In this document: positions 1 to 13,431 of the stretch, in pieces
Layout: every line of letters starts with the position of its first letter
Numbering within the stretch: the first letter of the stretch is position 1
Assembly: GCA_951406725.2 (NCBI GenBank)
Contig: OX597815.1
Location: forward strand, 169,322,001-169,386,000
Reading direction: 5' to 3'
DNA from: Octopus vulgaris
Lineage: Eukaryota
DNA length: 64,000 nucleotides
The notes under the pieces: generated by a model
What the model saw: the letters and a program-made list of their open reading frames with translations, nothing else
Database searches by the model: none
Told to the model about the DNA's origin: nothing
Program-made: the position numbers and the translations under genes

Positions 1-874
1 TGTTGCTCACCTGAACTTATATTTTCTTTTGTCAATTGTCATTAACATTAAACAAAGTATACGTGACCTTTAATTGCTTAAAATACATGGGGGTTGTTGT
101 TGGAGAGAGAACAAAGAAATACTTAAAACATTACTGTAAAGTCAGATTTGCTTTGAGAGGCTAATTCTGTAAAACAACTAAATCAATGCAGGAAAATAAA
201 TCTAGTAACAGGTTGTCATTAATGTTGATTGTATGAGCTTAGTCTATTTCATCTCTGCTTGAGCAACCCAATAGTATAGAGGTAAGTTGTTTAAAGGAAG
301 TATTTTATGTTTTATTGTGAAAAGTATTGTTTCAAACATTAGGGACCTAAAACATATGGTCTTGTGGTTTCCATTTGTGCTCATTGAAAGACTCTTTGAA
401 AGATCAAGCACAGTGACAGCACTAACTTCCTTACTAGTTTATGCAGACACCAACACTTTGATATGTGTGAAGAAATGCACTACATTCAGATTTGAGAACT
501 TAAAGCACATGTGCACATGCACGCGTGAGTGCGCACACACACACATTAGTGCTGGTGGAACGAAAAATAAACAACACCCAGCACACACTGTAAAGTAGTT
601 GGTGTTAGGAAGGGCATCCGGTCATAGAAACTATGCCAGAGTTCACACTGGAGCCTGACATAGACCTGTGGATCACTGGATCCTGTCAAACCATCCAACC
701 CATGTCAGAATGGAAAACAGACATTAAATCATGATGATGATAACAGTGTGTGTGTGTGTGTGTGTGTGTGCATATCTATATACATATGTTGTCTTTTGGG
801 AAGACTTATGTTTTTCAAAAAGGAACAACATAAATTTGAGGAATGAATACATTGCAATCAAAAGGAACACTATA

Positions 875-1108
875 TATTTCTTTATTGCCTAAAAGGGGCT
901 AAACATAGAGGGGACAAACAAGCACAGACAAAGGGATTAAGTCGATTACATCAACCCCAGTGCGTAACAGGTACTTTATTTATTGACCCCGAAAGGATGG
1001 AAGGCAAAGTCGACCTCGGCGGAATTTGAACTCAGAACATAATGGCAGACGAAATACTGCTAAGCATTGCCCCCGCCGTGCTAACGTTTCTGCCAGCTCG
1101 CTGCCTTA
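875..1108 (-). mobile_element. tRNA-derived SINE with Nin/Deu-like central domain; other copies ~2330-2543(-), 33636-33842, 35300-35620 (split by an RTE tail), 52865-53015, 53028-53245
   Basis: A/B-box-like head (GAGCTGGCAGAA...GAGTTCAAATTCC) and central GACTTTGCCTTYCATCCTTTCGGGGTCRATAAAT-AAGTACC recurring through the window. Confidence 0.75.
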
Positions 1109-1574
1109 TCAAAAGGAACAATATATACAGAAGAAAGTTTAAATTAGCATTGGTGGCTATCTATGAAATGTAACATGGTTAGTTAAATCTCCAGTTGCAT
1201 CCCAACCCAAGTTGGATTATGGGTTGGGATTAGGGGAGTAGGTGTGAGAAGAATAAAAGCTTAAGTACTATCAATTTAGATTAAAATCCAGAAATACCTA
1301 CTATAAGTAAGTGTCATATGTATGACAGCAGATTGCAGTTACTATAGTGAGGTGCAGTAATGTCTGTAAATAGAACTAAATATACAAGTATGATGTTGTG
1401 TATGGTATGAAATTTGAGCAATGATATATGAAGCTAATTATAGAAGAGTGGTAATGTTTAAAAAATCAGGAAGAAAAATTAAGACCTGCAAATTTGTTTC
1501 TTCATACATGTTAGTGCATGTTAAATCCAGGAATGTAACAATAATGTGCAAAACTTGATTTACATTATGTAGAA

Positions 1575-2211
1575 CAGGGGTTTTCAAACAGTTTTTATCA
1601 AGGGACCACTTTGATTACTATTTTATTCTGGTGGACCCTGTTTGTTTAAGAAAACGTATTTTCCAGAAACTTCTTTCAAAATTCCTAATTTAATTTTCAC
1701 ACATCAACTTGTGCATGTTGAACTATGTAGAATGTAATAGAAAGAAACCTAGCTGTTTCTTGCAATGCATACCAATTCATGTGGAGGCACATGGCCTAGT
1801 GGTTAGAGCAGCAGACTCGCGGTCGAGGGATCGCGGGTTCGAATCTCAGACTGGGCGATGTGTGCGTTTATAAGTGAAAACCCCTAAGCTCCACGCAGCT
1901 CCGGCAGAAGGTAATGGCGAACTTCTACTGACTTTTTTGCCACAACTTTCTCTCACTCTTTCCTCCTGCATCTTGCAGCTCACCTGCGATGGACCGGCGT
2001 CCCGTCCAGGTGGGGAACCAATACGCCAAGAAACCGGCCCTTATGAGCCAGACATGGCTTGAGCAGGAACAAACAAAAAACAAATACCAATTCATACATC
2101 TAAAGCAAAATTTTTTCAGGAGCCCTTAAAATACTATTGGGGATCCCAAATTTACCATGTTGTTGCATGGATCCCCCCAAATTTTCTATGGACCCTGGTT
2201 GAAAACCACAG
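1575..2211. mobile_element. hAT-type MITE carrying a nested SINE
   Basis: TIRs CAGGGGTTTTCAAAC / GGTTGAAAACCACAG; 8-bp TSD ATGTAGAA (1567-1574) / ATCTAGAA (2212-2219). Confidence 0.75.
1781..2083 (+). mobile_element. tRNA-derived SINE (related heads at 29853-30155, 29240-29555(-), 36030-36330(-), 50465-50750, 61820-62095)
   Basis: A box TGGCCTAGTGG, B box GGTTCGAATC, A/C-rich tail, 12-bp TSD ATACCAATTCAT on both sides. Confidence 0.8.
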
Positions 2212-5200
2212 ATCTAGAACGATTGACAAAAAAAGATAATGATGAATTTCTGGATAGTTGTACATTATGGTTTAAGTTAGAGTAAAATTGAGTTAAGATA
2301 ACAACCATAATGTGGTAAATAAATATTGATTTCAAATTTTGGCACAAAGCCAGCAATTTCAGGGTAGGGTGTGAGTCAATTACACCAACCCCAGGAAGCA
2401 ACTGGTATTTATTTTATCAATCCTGAAAGGATGAAATGCAAAGTCAACCTTGGTGGAATTTGAACTCAAAACATAAAGACAGATGAAATGCTTCTATGCA
2501 TTTTGCCTGGCATGCTAATGATTCTACCAGCTTGCTGCCTTCAGGTGATAAATGAATATTAAAATAAATACACTTCTACTTTAAGAGTTTGCTCTGGTAC
2601 CTTGACATCACCATTGTTATAATGCTGGGTAGCCATGCATCCCCTCTATAGCAAGACACCTGTGCTTATCTCTCTTTCATACTTTCGCCTCTTGATACCT
2701 GTTATGAAGCCACCTTCTCCTCTCTCTCTAGGTCAAGGGGGAATTTTCTGTTTTTGTTTTCTAAGTTACTTAGTGACTTCACTAATGCAGGTGTAAAAAA
2801 AAACCCCACCTGGTACACATTGTACTGTGATTGGCATTTAAGGAAGGGCAGTGAGCTGTCAAAACCATACTAAAGCTAAACATAGTCCTGCAGCTTATCG
2901 GATTGTGTGAAACCATTCAACTCATGCCAGTATGGAAAATAGACATTAAATTATGATGATGGGGGTGTTTTATCTGTAAGAATTCTAAGAGAAATATAAA
3001 ATAATAAAAAATGCTTTGAAGAATTTCTATAGAATATGGTATATGATATTTGTTTGAGTGATGGATAGATTGCATGTTACTTGTATACTAAGGATAATGA
3101 TGCAAAATTAGACTTGGTAATGAATGCAGAGGATGTGTGATGGTTGGAGAGAAATGAAGCAAGCATACTTCACTAGTGTGTATGAATAATGAGGTATAGA
3201 TGAGCTGAGGGAAAAATGCGTCTAAGAGAAATCAGTTGTACTGTGCAAGAATAATATAGACATGTGATGCATATGGATGATAACAGGTAGGTATGAGGTA
3301 CTAGGAAACCCCCAGTGAAAAGGAAAATGTGAAAGAGGAAGATCTTTGAAGACATGGGCAGAAGTGGTGAAAGCTGATCTCAGGATGTTGAACCACACAA
3401 AGGAGATGACAAAGGAATGTAACAAACGGCAAGATACTACATTGGAAAGGATCCATTCTACAAATGCAGGCATTGGAAAATGGATGTAAAAACTCATGAT
3501 GGCATTACTTTACATCAGGTGTTTAGTAACAGACAGTCGCAAGCACCACAGCTTAAAAACCGAGAAAAATGCAAAGTTTTGTGACTTTCAGAATGCAATA
3601 TCTCAGTAAGGAATGAAGTTAGGAAGCTGGTTTTGGTTTTAAAATGACTGTGAAGACCTCCTCTAATCATTCCACCTATGTAAAATTATTTATTCATGGA
3701 TTCATCTGAAAGATGTAAAAATTGACTGCATCTTTTTCATTTTGTAGAATATACCGGTACTATCAAATGATGTATGGCATTGCATATAATACTTAGATAA
3801 TACTTAGGAAAAACATACAGAGACCCCGCAAAGGTATTGTTTGTATTTTAATACACCAAGGTAAGTATCTTTAACAGGTAAGACAAGATAGTAAGATAAT
3901 AGCCCATTATTCTTATGATGGTAATGAGGAATATTAAAAAATGAGCCATAACGCTTCCAAAAACAATACGGGGATCACACCAAAGTTATTGATTGAGGAT
4001 GTGTACTTATGATGGTGTGTTACTAAACTCTGATCCCAATTTGGGTGAGTGAGCGTTGTGTCAATAGTATCAAGGTACAATTTTTTTCAGCTGGATTTTT
4101 GATCTTATTCCTCCCAACTTTTTTGGATTCTAGATATCGAGACAAGGAAAATGATATACTAACCTCGAAAATACCTGGGGTGGTGCTTACGACACTGTTA
4201 CTAAATGTATCATATGTACCTGCTTATATTTATAATGACCAGTTGCTGTGTAACCTATGAAACTTGGTAAAATCTGTTTCTTTATTCATTATAATCAATT
4301 AAAAGAGCTACATTATCAACATTTATTTAGAATAATGATGTTAGAGTGGATAAAAGTTGTTTGATTATCAAAAACAAAACTAAAAAAATCAAAGCGCAAT
4401 GAAATTCCATTATCTTGAAAAAGAGAGGTAAAATGTGGAATGTGAATAAAATACTATAAAATAAGAAAAGTCAAATATAGAAATAATATCAGTATGGAAT
4501 ACCACTGAAAAGATAAATGTAAATGTATTCATATACACCATCATAAAAGATGTGATCTATAAGTAATAACAGGATAGTATAAAAATGAAAACAAAAGTAA
4601 TTTATACTCTATTCAATAAAATTATCATACAGTTTTTCATTCCATTCTTTTATAGCATGTGTTGAAAATCAGCTAAATTATAAGCCATTAGAGTCTCTCA
4701 TTTGCTATGTCTTTTGATTCACTCAAATATTAAACAGCTGTATCTACTTCAGTCTATATTTTTCTTAGTTTGATTGTGTTCTTATTGTCATACATCACTG
4801 ACTCATAACAGATCAACTCGCTGTTATCATATAACATTTTTGAAAAACTCATGCACAAACTAACACCAAAAATTACTCAGAGGCAAACTCACATACCTAT
4901 GTGGCATTCAAATAACAAAAAAAAGCAAAGGAATTTTAGAGAGAGACCCTTCAAGGCACTCTACCACCACTATCTTTGCTGCTGGGAAAACCAAATGCTC
5001 ATACTTCTCCAAGACCAGCAAAACAGCTGAGCTTTTTCTTTTCTCTGACCAACAGAATATGATGGATAACTGCACTTGGTCAAGAGTTGACTTGGAAGCA
5101 AGGCCACTTGTCCAATGATTTCAGTGACAAGGTATAAATGCGGTAGCTGTCGGCAAAACCAGGATCTGCATAACAATGGTTGTGTACGCATCAGGAGGCT

Positions 5201-5654
5201 GGCCAGGATGGTGGTGGCGGTGTGGTTTCAAAACTGATTGGTACACTATGTGCAGACAATCTTTTTAAACTCAGAGAGTAACTTAAATGGTGTTTGATGT
5301 AAACAGCTGCCCTCTAGTAAACATGACTGAGTGAATATGTTGGCTCTTAGCATGTACTTGTAGGCCAGAAAATGACAACTGGAAGAAAGCAATTGCTGGT
5401 GGTAGTCAGAGTAATCACGGGTCAGTAGGATTCCTTGACTGCCTCTAGGTAGTAGTCCTTTCCCCAAGGTACTTTACTATATTTTGTATAGTATTTATGC
5501 CATTCATTTCATTCAATTTCAGAGTAAATCCCTACACTTTTAGTAACATGTCTTTTAATGCAGCCCATTAAAAGTAGCAATAAAGATTATCACCATGTGT
5601 CTACTTCATCTTCATTTTTTTTTCCTTTTGTAAACAATAATGTTTCTGTTGTGC

Positions 5655-6045
5655 TTGAGGAGACCTATTGAGTCAAGTACATCAACATCAAAATAAATAT
5701 CAAATGGAAATTGTGGTTGGATACCTGTGCCAGTGGCATGTAAAAAGCACCATCCGAACGTGGCCGATGCCAGCGCCACCTTCACTGGCTTCTGTGCCGG
5801 TGGCACATAAAAGGCACCAACTGATCGTGGCCGCTGCCAGCCTCCCCTGGCACCTGTGCCAGTGGAACATAAAAAGCACCCACTACACTCACGGAATGGT
5901 TGGCGTTAGGATGGGCATCGGGCTGTAGAAACACTGCTAGATCAGACTGGAGCCTGGTGCAGCCTCCTGGCTTCCCAGACCCCAGTTGAACCATCCAACC
6001 TGTGTTCGCACGGAAAACGGACGTTAAACGATGATGATGATGATG
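5655..6045 (+). mobile_element. RTE LINE 3' end with (GAT)n tail; similar tails at ~580-745, 2810-2960, 7385-7800, 18540-18870(-), 21430-21937, 28200-28415, 32812-33131, 34436-34866(-), 35408-35540, 46481-46629, 57325-57587, 63505-63650
   Basis: Shared terminus GGTTGGCGTTAGGAAGGGCATCC...CCAACCCATGCTAGCATGGAAA.CGGACGTTAAACGATGATGATG, as in the 3' UTR of the RT-coding copies at 30157 and 44107. Confidence 0.85.
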
Positions 6046-6971
6046 AATGTTTACTAATTCCCAAACTACTAGCTTTCAGTTTTCTCTGATTCATATTAAG
6101 ACACAGTACACATTTTTCCTCTATCATTTGAAGGTTTATTTTCAAGTCTGATTATATTTCAATACAACATGCTTTCAGCAAAATGAATCTGTTGATATTA
6201 AAAGTTCTCTTCCTGCAACTAATATGATCTCTTCTCACTAACAATACCTTCACCGATTTATTCAATCAAATAACAGAATATTAGAGCTCTAAGTGAATCT
6301 CTGCAGATGTTCATGGTCTCAAGACTCAAGTAGAATGTATTGCTTAGTATCTAGATGTTTAAATTGCTTACACTATTGTCTACCTACTACTTTCCTATAC
6401 ACCGTCATTATTAAGCTTAAGTGGCCCTAAATTCATTTCTACATATTAACCTAAATTATTCACCTATCAATGCCAGGCATGTCATATATATTCTTCAATA
6501 TATTTAAATTTAGTTTGGTGAAAATGACAGAAATAACAGGATGCTGGACTAATTGCTTTGTTTAGTATCGTTCTTCTAGGTTCTGAGTTCAAATTTGCCT
6601 CTCATCTTTCTAAATATTGATAACACAGACAGCAATAATGAGGATTCAATTAAACTGGTTACTTCCCTCTGCAAAACATAACCCTGTTTTTAGATAACAG
6701 AAACCAATGTATTTAAGTTACTTATATACATATGAGATTCCAATCATACCTAACTGTTATTTAATCAAATATGGAGAGGATGTGCTTACACTTAGATGTC
6801 CTTTCATGCTTGCTAAAAGATTTATAAACAAAATTGTACTTTCAGTCATTTTCTTTATATAAAAAAGGAAAGGTGTCTTATTTAAAACCATTAAAAAATA
6901 TGTTTCTTTATAACAGCACTTTAGGTTTCGAAATGATCTCTTTAATTTAAGTACAGGTCCAGTTTATCCTC

Positions 6972-7350
6972 TCTTTTTACTCTTTACTCTTTTACTTGTT
7001 TCAGTCATTTGACTGCGGCCATGCTGGAGCACCGCCTTTAATCGAGCAACTCGACCCCGAGACTTATTCTTTTGTAAGCCCAGTACTTATTCTATCGGTC
7101 TCTTTTGCCAAACCGCTAAGTAACGGGGACATAAACACACTAGCATCGGTTGTCGAGCAATGCTAGGGGGACAAACACAGACACACATATATACGACGGG
7201 CTTCTTTCAGTTTCCGTCTACCAAATCCACTCACAAGGCTTTGGTCGGCCCGAGGTTATAGTAGAAGACACTTGCCCAAGGTGCCACGCAGTGGGACTGA
7301 ACCCAGAACCATGTGGTTGGTAAACAAGCTACTTACCACACAGCCACTCC
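6972..7350 (-). mobile_element. Abundant ~400-bp tRNA-derived SINE with internal (TA/TG)n and (GTAAAAGA)n tail; copies ~22200-22565(-), 23800-24100, 24565-24957(-), 26522-26862, 38215-38588, 38697-39095(-), 55643-56003(-), 56686-57090(-), 62285-62680
   Basis: Head GGAGTGGCTGTGTGGTAAG...GGTTCAGTCCC; body CTTGGGCAAGTGTCTTCTACTATAGCC; near-identical copies across the window. Confidence 0.85.
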
Positions 7351-9792
7351 TTTTTTTTTTTTTACTTTAAACATTATATGAATATGTTACCAGCGTCGCC
7401 TTACTGGCACTTGTGCCTGTGCTAGTAGGGTGCTAAGAGCACCATCCGGGCGTGATCATTGCCAGAGTGGTTAACTGGCTTCCATGCTTTTGGCACGTAA
7501 AAGGCACCATTCGAGCGTGATCATTACCAGCATCGCCTTACTGGCACCCGTGCCGGTGGTATGTGTAAAAAGATTCGAGCGATGTCGTTGCCAGTACCAC
7601 CTGACTGGCCCCCGTGCCGGTGGCACGTAAAAGCACCCACTACACTCTCGGAGTGGTTGGCGTTAGGAAGGGAATCCAGCTGTAGAAACTCTGCCAGATC
7701 AAGATTGGAGCCTGGTGCAGCCATCTGGTTTGCCAGCCCTCAGTCAAAATCGTCCAACCCGTGCTAGCATGGAAAGCGGACGTTAAACGATGATGAAGAT
7801 GAAATTCTAAAAATAAAATTGTTATACCTCAACTGGTACCATTAATATGAGCTTGCTCTTAATTTACACAGAGAAAGTTTAATTATTATTTTCTTGAATT
7901 TTTTTGATGAATACCACCCAATCAAAAATACATTTTATATTTCGGTTAAGATCATGGCATATATGTGTGTGAGTCACAAAAAATGTTAAGACTTCAGAAC
8001 AATTGAGTCCATATTGAAAACATTAGTTTAATAATAATAAAGCTATCTAATCCACAACACACACATGTATATATGTATGTGTGTATGCATCTTTGTGTCT
8101 GTCCCCTCCCCGCCTACTTGACAATAGGTGTTGGTTTGTTTACGGCCCAGAAACTTAGCTGTTCGGCAAAAGAGACCGATAGAATAAGTACCAGACTTTA
8201 AAAAAAAAAAAACGTTCATCCCAAACCCTTCAAGGTGGTGCCCCAGCATGACCGCAGTAAAAGATAAAAGAAAAGATAAAAGAAAAGATATGAAGGATTC
8301 CTCATATTAATGTATATCTAACATGCTGCGGTTAACACCAATGTCATAAGCCTGTAAACAATTTCAGTATGTTAAAAAAAAAAAAAAACCCCAACTGAAC
8401 TGTAGTAATAACTACTTAATTTCTTCAATCTAAAATTACTATCATCACACAACTACTTTATCCAGCCACCGCTTCACAAACATTCTCCACATTGTTTTAC
8501 ATTTTTACAAAAGTAACATCAAATATCTTAAATTACTGGGTCTGTTTGTTATTCGGACATATTGTCTCCGAAATTGACATGTCACATACAATCAACAACA
8601 GGTGGGAAAACGAGAAAATGTAACATGTTGACGACGAATAGCAATTATACAACATCAATATCGGAAACATATCATTATTATATAAGCATTTAAAAAAATA
8701 TAACAATTTTTCAAATAAAAATTTTCATGCATAATGACAGTAGAAAATGGGTCTATTAAGAATAGTGAGCTTTGAATGCGGAAGATCTGCAGCAAATCGA
8801 GAGGAATGAGTGTGGGCTAATTTATGGGAAAAGGCTACGTTTAATATTAAGGCGAAACTGCTAGGGACAATTGGTATATTCATGTAATATTTTAACAGGG
8901 TGGAAATAATGTTTTGACAGTAGAAAGATCTACAGAAGAGCTTAGCTTAGACAAAACGAGATTTGTCCAGGAAGTGGTGAAAGTAGATCTGTAAGTATTG
9001 GGATCCCATGAATAAGATGAGGCAAAATCAAAACGAATACAAAAGATGAGTATTCGTGACCTGTCGAAACAACATGGGGAAATGGGTGTTAAAACGAAAT
9101 TATTATAGATAAATTGCCTTCTCAGAATAGAAGGAAACGAACAATAGCTGTCATGTGCAGGTCTTCAATTTTCGATAAAGACAGCCCAGACTAAATATGA
9201 AATTGTCTTTATTTTCACATTAATACTTTCAGGTGGACTCATTAAACTTTTGTATTTAATTACTCAATAATATATATCTTTAATCTGTTCGCGAAGAGGA
9301 GTTGGTTCATTAAGAGGAAAGACCGTATTTATCCCATGGAAGGAGTTTTAACGTAATCTGAACTGTTCAACGTTTAAATCGAAATATTTACATTTTTAAT
9401 GTTTTATACACAACACATACTTATTGCTGACTTGTAATATTCTTATCGTACTGTTATTTGGGACGGTTTGATGAATCATTCTCAATGCCTTCATTTATCG
9501 GCAGAAAACATAAACAGAACCAAATATTCTTTTATTCTAACAGAGCCTCTATCGAAAACTTGGAACTGGCAAGCCAATATTGCCAGAAATGTGCAAAAGC
9601 AAATTTAAACACCCAGTTTTTAGCGATTCGACAGTGCTATTCGTCATATGCGGCATAATGGAATTTTGCCGTAATTACATTTGTATAAGAGAAAAATAAC
9701 AGAAAGATAATTAAGTTTAATAAAATTACAATTAAAGAAAGCAAAGACAATTATTAATTTTAATGGGAGATTCCTAAATACCAGCTCCAAAC

Positions 9793-10589
<797 letters not shown>

Positions 10590-11759
10590 CAGATTTAATA
10601 TTTTAGCAGAGAGACTCCGGGTTATTTTTAATTAGTATAGAGACCCCTTTGAATTTCTGGTCTCCTGATCATAGATTTAAGAATTTTCCTGTGTGTGAGG
10701 GTGAGAGAGAACTTAATGATTCCCTAGCATCAAATACAATGACTATTTCAGAAAAAATGTAGCTATAAAGAATTTGACATTAGCTGACGAAGGAGTAAAA
10801 AATAAAAATAAAATAAAAACAGATGATTTTTACCAAAAGGAAGAATTCTAGTAGTTCTAATCGCTGTGTAAATGTCTTTAGTGACAAATCTCCTTTCAGG
10901 TTTCCCAAGAGGTGACGACTTAACCAGACCGAATATTGCAACTAAATTATCCCTACAATTTAACCTAAATATATGTTTGTTAACAGCCACTAAAAATATC
11001 TCATCCTGAGACGATTAGCAAAAAAAAAACAAATTTATATACATAAATATATATATAAAAAAAAAAATACCTCTTGTCAACATTCATACGAAAGACAAGA
11101 ATTCTCTTAACATGATATTTCTTTGTTTTTTGTCTTCAACCAAAGCTCAGTAACTCGTATAATGAACACAAGATCACATTGAAAACACGCTTCGGACTAG
11201 ATAAAGCACAAAAATAAAACAACTATTATAGCCATGCGGTGAGGAATGTGGGTGTCAAAAAGATATGGCCTATCACTACTACTACTAACACCACCACCAC
11301 CATTGATTCTCTTACAAAAGCGCTTTTTTTTTTCTTTTTCTTTGGACAATGAGCAAACACCCACATAGTACCCAGATTTCAAACTGCAGAGATATGGTAA
11401 AGGTTATTGAACCCTGGCAGACTCCGTGCCGGAACAAAGACCTATAGCTATATTGGCATTTGAAACTTCAGTGTGCAACTGATGCTGCAGGTAGTGTGCC
11501 ACTTCAACAGAAGAAGTATAGTTACCAAAATTTTCGCTAAGAACGTGGGTCTAGCGATCAACGTAAATTAGAACAAGCGCCCAAAAAGCAGGGCCCTGGT
11601 CTTGTCATTTAAAAAAAATTTTTTTACATAACGATAGTTGTTACAGGGAAAATGTGTATTTCCAGTAGGCATACTTACAAAGGTGTGCCTCCACTCGACT
11701 TTGTTTCCTCATAACTTTTGAAAAAATAGATATCACAATTATGTAGCTATGCCCTTCCA

Positions 11760-12305
11760 GTACCTGAGTAGTCACCTGTATATCGCAGAACGTTGACATT
11801 CGTGAGGAAATCCAACACTAGATTAAATGTACCATCCAGTGACAGAACAGAGGAATGTCAGCGTGCTCAAAGCAAGCCAACGTCTCATATAGTGAAACTA
11901 TGTTTACACATTAACTTGGACGGGCTGGCCATGTCGTGCAAATGCCATACTGTCGGGTTATTTAAACAACTGCCTCCATTTCCAACTGAATGAAAAAGAA
12001 AGCGTACGGGAAGGGGACCGAAGGAGCCGTTTAAATATATACTTTAATGAAATTTTTTGTGGGAGATAAAAAAATGTGGCATCAACATGGAATCGTTGAC
12101 AAATAATCGAAACGAGAGAGATGGTTCATCTATAAACTGGAGCCCACTTCAACACAGCAACTAACTCAGAGCATCTCTTGCGAGAGATAAACAAATAGAT
12201 ACTCGGTATGCTTTTCGGACTTGTGGATCCCGCATTGAGCTACATAGTCACATGTGGGTTCACAGAAGTTCAATCTGGTCGACATTCATCCTCGACTACT
12301 ACTAT
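11760..12305 (+). mobile_element. Degenerate 3' fragment of a BovB-like RTE LINE
   Basis: Translates to LGRAGHVVQMP...LFKQL...KRTGRGPKEPFK and a C-terminal CGSRIELHSHMWVH C2H2 remnant; (CTA)n tail. Confidence 0.6.
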
Positions 12306-13344
12306 ATACCAAGACAGTTGTTTGAATGGGAGACGAGTCGGGGGTAAGGGGGTCCATTACGAAACTGTTTAATGAACAGCAGTTACATTGAACTGAAAGC
12401 AAGGAAGGGGAAGAGAAAGTGAATGTGTGTGTGTTTTTTTATATGAGAAACATTACTATCGACCTGATTACACAAAAGATACTACCGAAAACTATTAATC
12501 GTTTTAGAGTAATACCTAACAAGTCATAGCTGCAAATATAGTTGCATTAAATGGGTACGAAATATGAGCAGGCGTATTTCAGAGAAATAGTTTTATCAGG
12601 AAAGTAATGCCATGGAGAAGGAAACCTAAATAGTTGGTAGTAATTTTTTTCTGTTAAAGAAAAAGAAAGAAAAAAATCGCCATGCACGCTTACATACCAT
12701 TAACATATAGTCATGCCCTGAATGATGAAAAAAAAAATGAGGAAACATCCTTTGTTTAAATAAGTTCTCTCAAAATAAGAATGCCTATTTGTATTTGACA
12801 CTCCATGGTTATAAATTGCCGAGTAGGAACATACCATTGAATTTTATTAGTCTAAAGGTAGTGTTAAACTGGTAGTAAAAAAAAAAAGACATTCATAGCA
12901 TATAACTAGAATGGGAATTCGTGAAAATAAGGTAGAGGTGCTTGCTATAAAATTAGCTTCCAACGTTCTACTTAGATACCTGAAACTCTGATCAAGAGGG
13001 GAGAGTAACAGGTTTTTACAGATGACAAATAAACGTTTTACACTCGCAGCATGTTTTACTTTCAATAAACATACTATTAATACAATAAAACAAAATGTAA
13101 TATTTATTAAATCTCGAGTTTTGTGGAAAACACATATTGGCGTAGAACTACTGAAAAACCATTAAAAAAAAATCGCTATCCTTCCAATTTAGTTACTTTC
13201 TATGCTTTGCTTGTATTCCTCCCGCAAGAAACAGTTATTGTGTTGACAGATATAACATGGTATTTATACATTAACAAAGATTTTATCGAATAATAAACAC
13301 AAGCTATAAAAATATCACATATGTGTGTATTCTTTAGTTTCGCC

Positions 13345-13402
<58 letters not shown>

Positions 13403-13431
13403 CATACACACATGTATGTATTGAATCTTAC

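Noticed and set aside
1781-1860. tRNA-like sequence with A and B boxes (also 29853-29930)
   Set aside because: No paired acceptor stem; continues into a SINE body with tail and TSD.
4940-5470. Compositionally distinct, coding-looking block in the intron
   Set aside because: Stops in the frames examined and no recognisable motif; probably an old transposon relic that I cannot assign.
7385-7640. Repeat-spacer-like array suggestive of CRISPR
   Set aside because: Eukaryotic context, degenerate units, no cas genes; it is the RTE 3' UTR.
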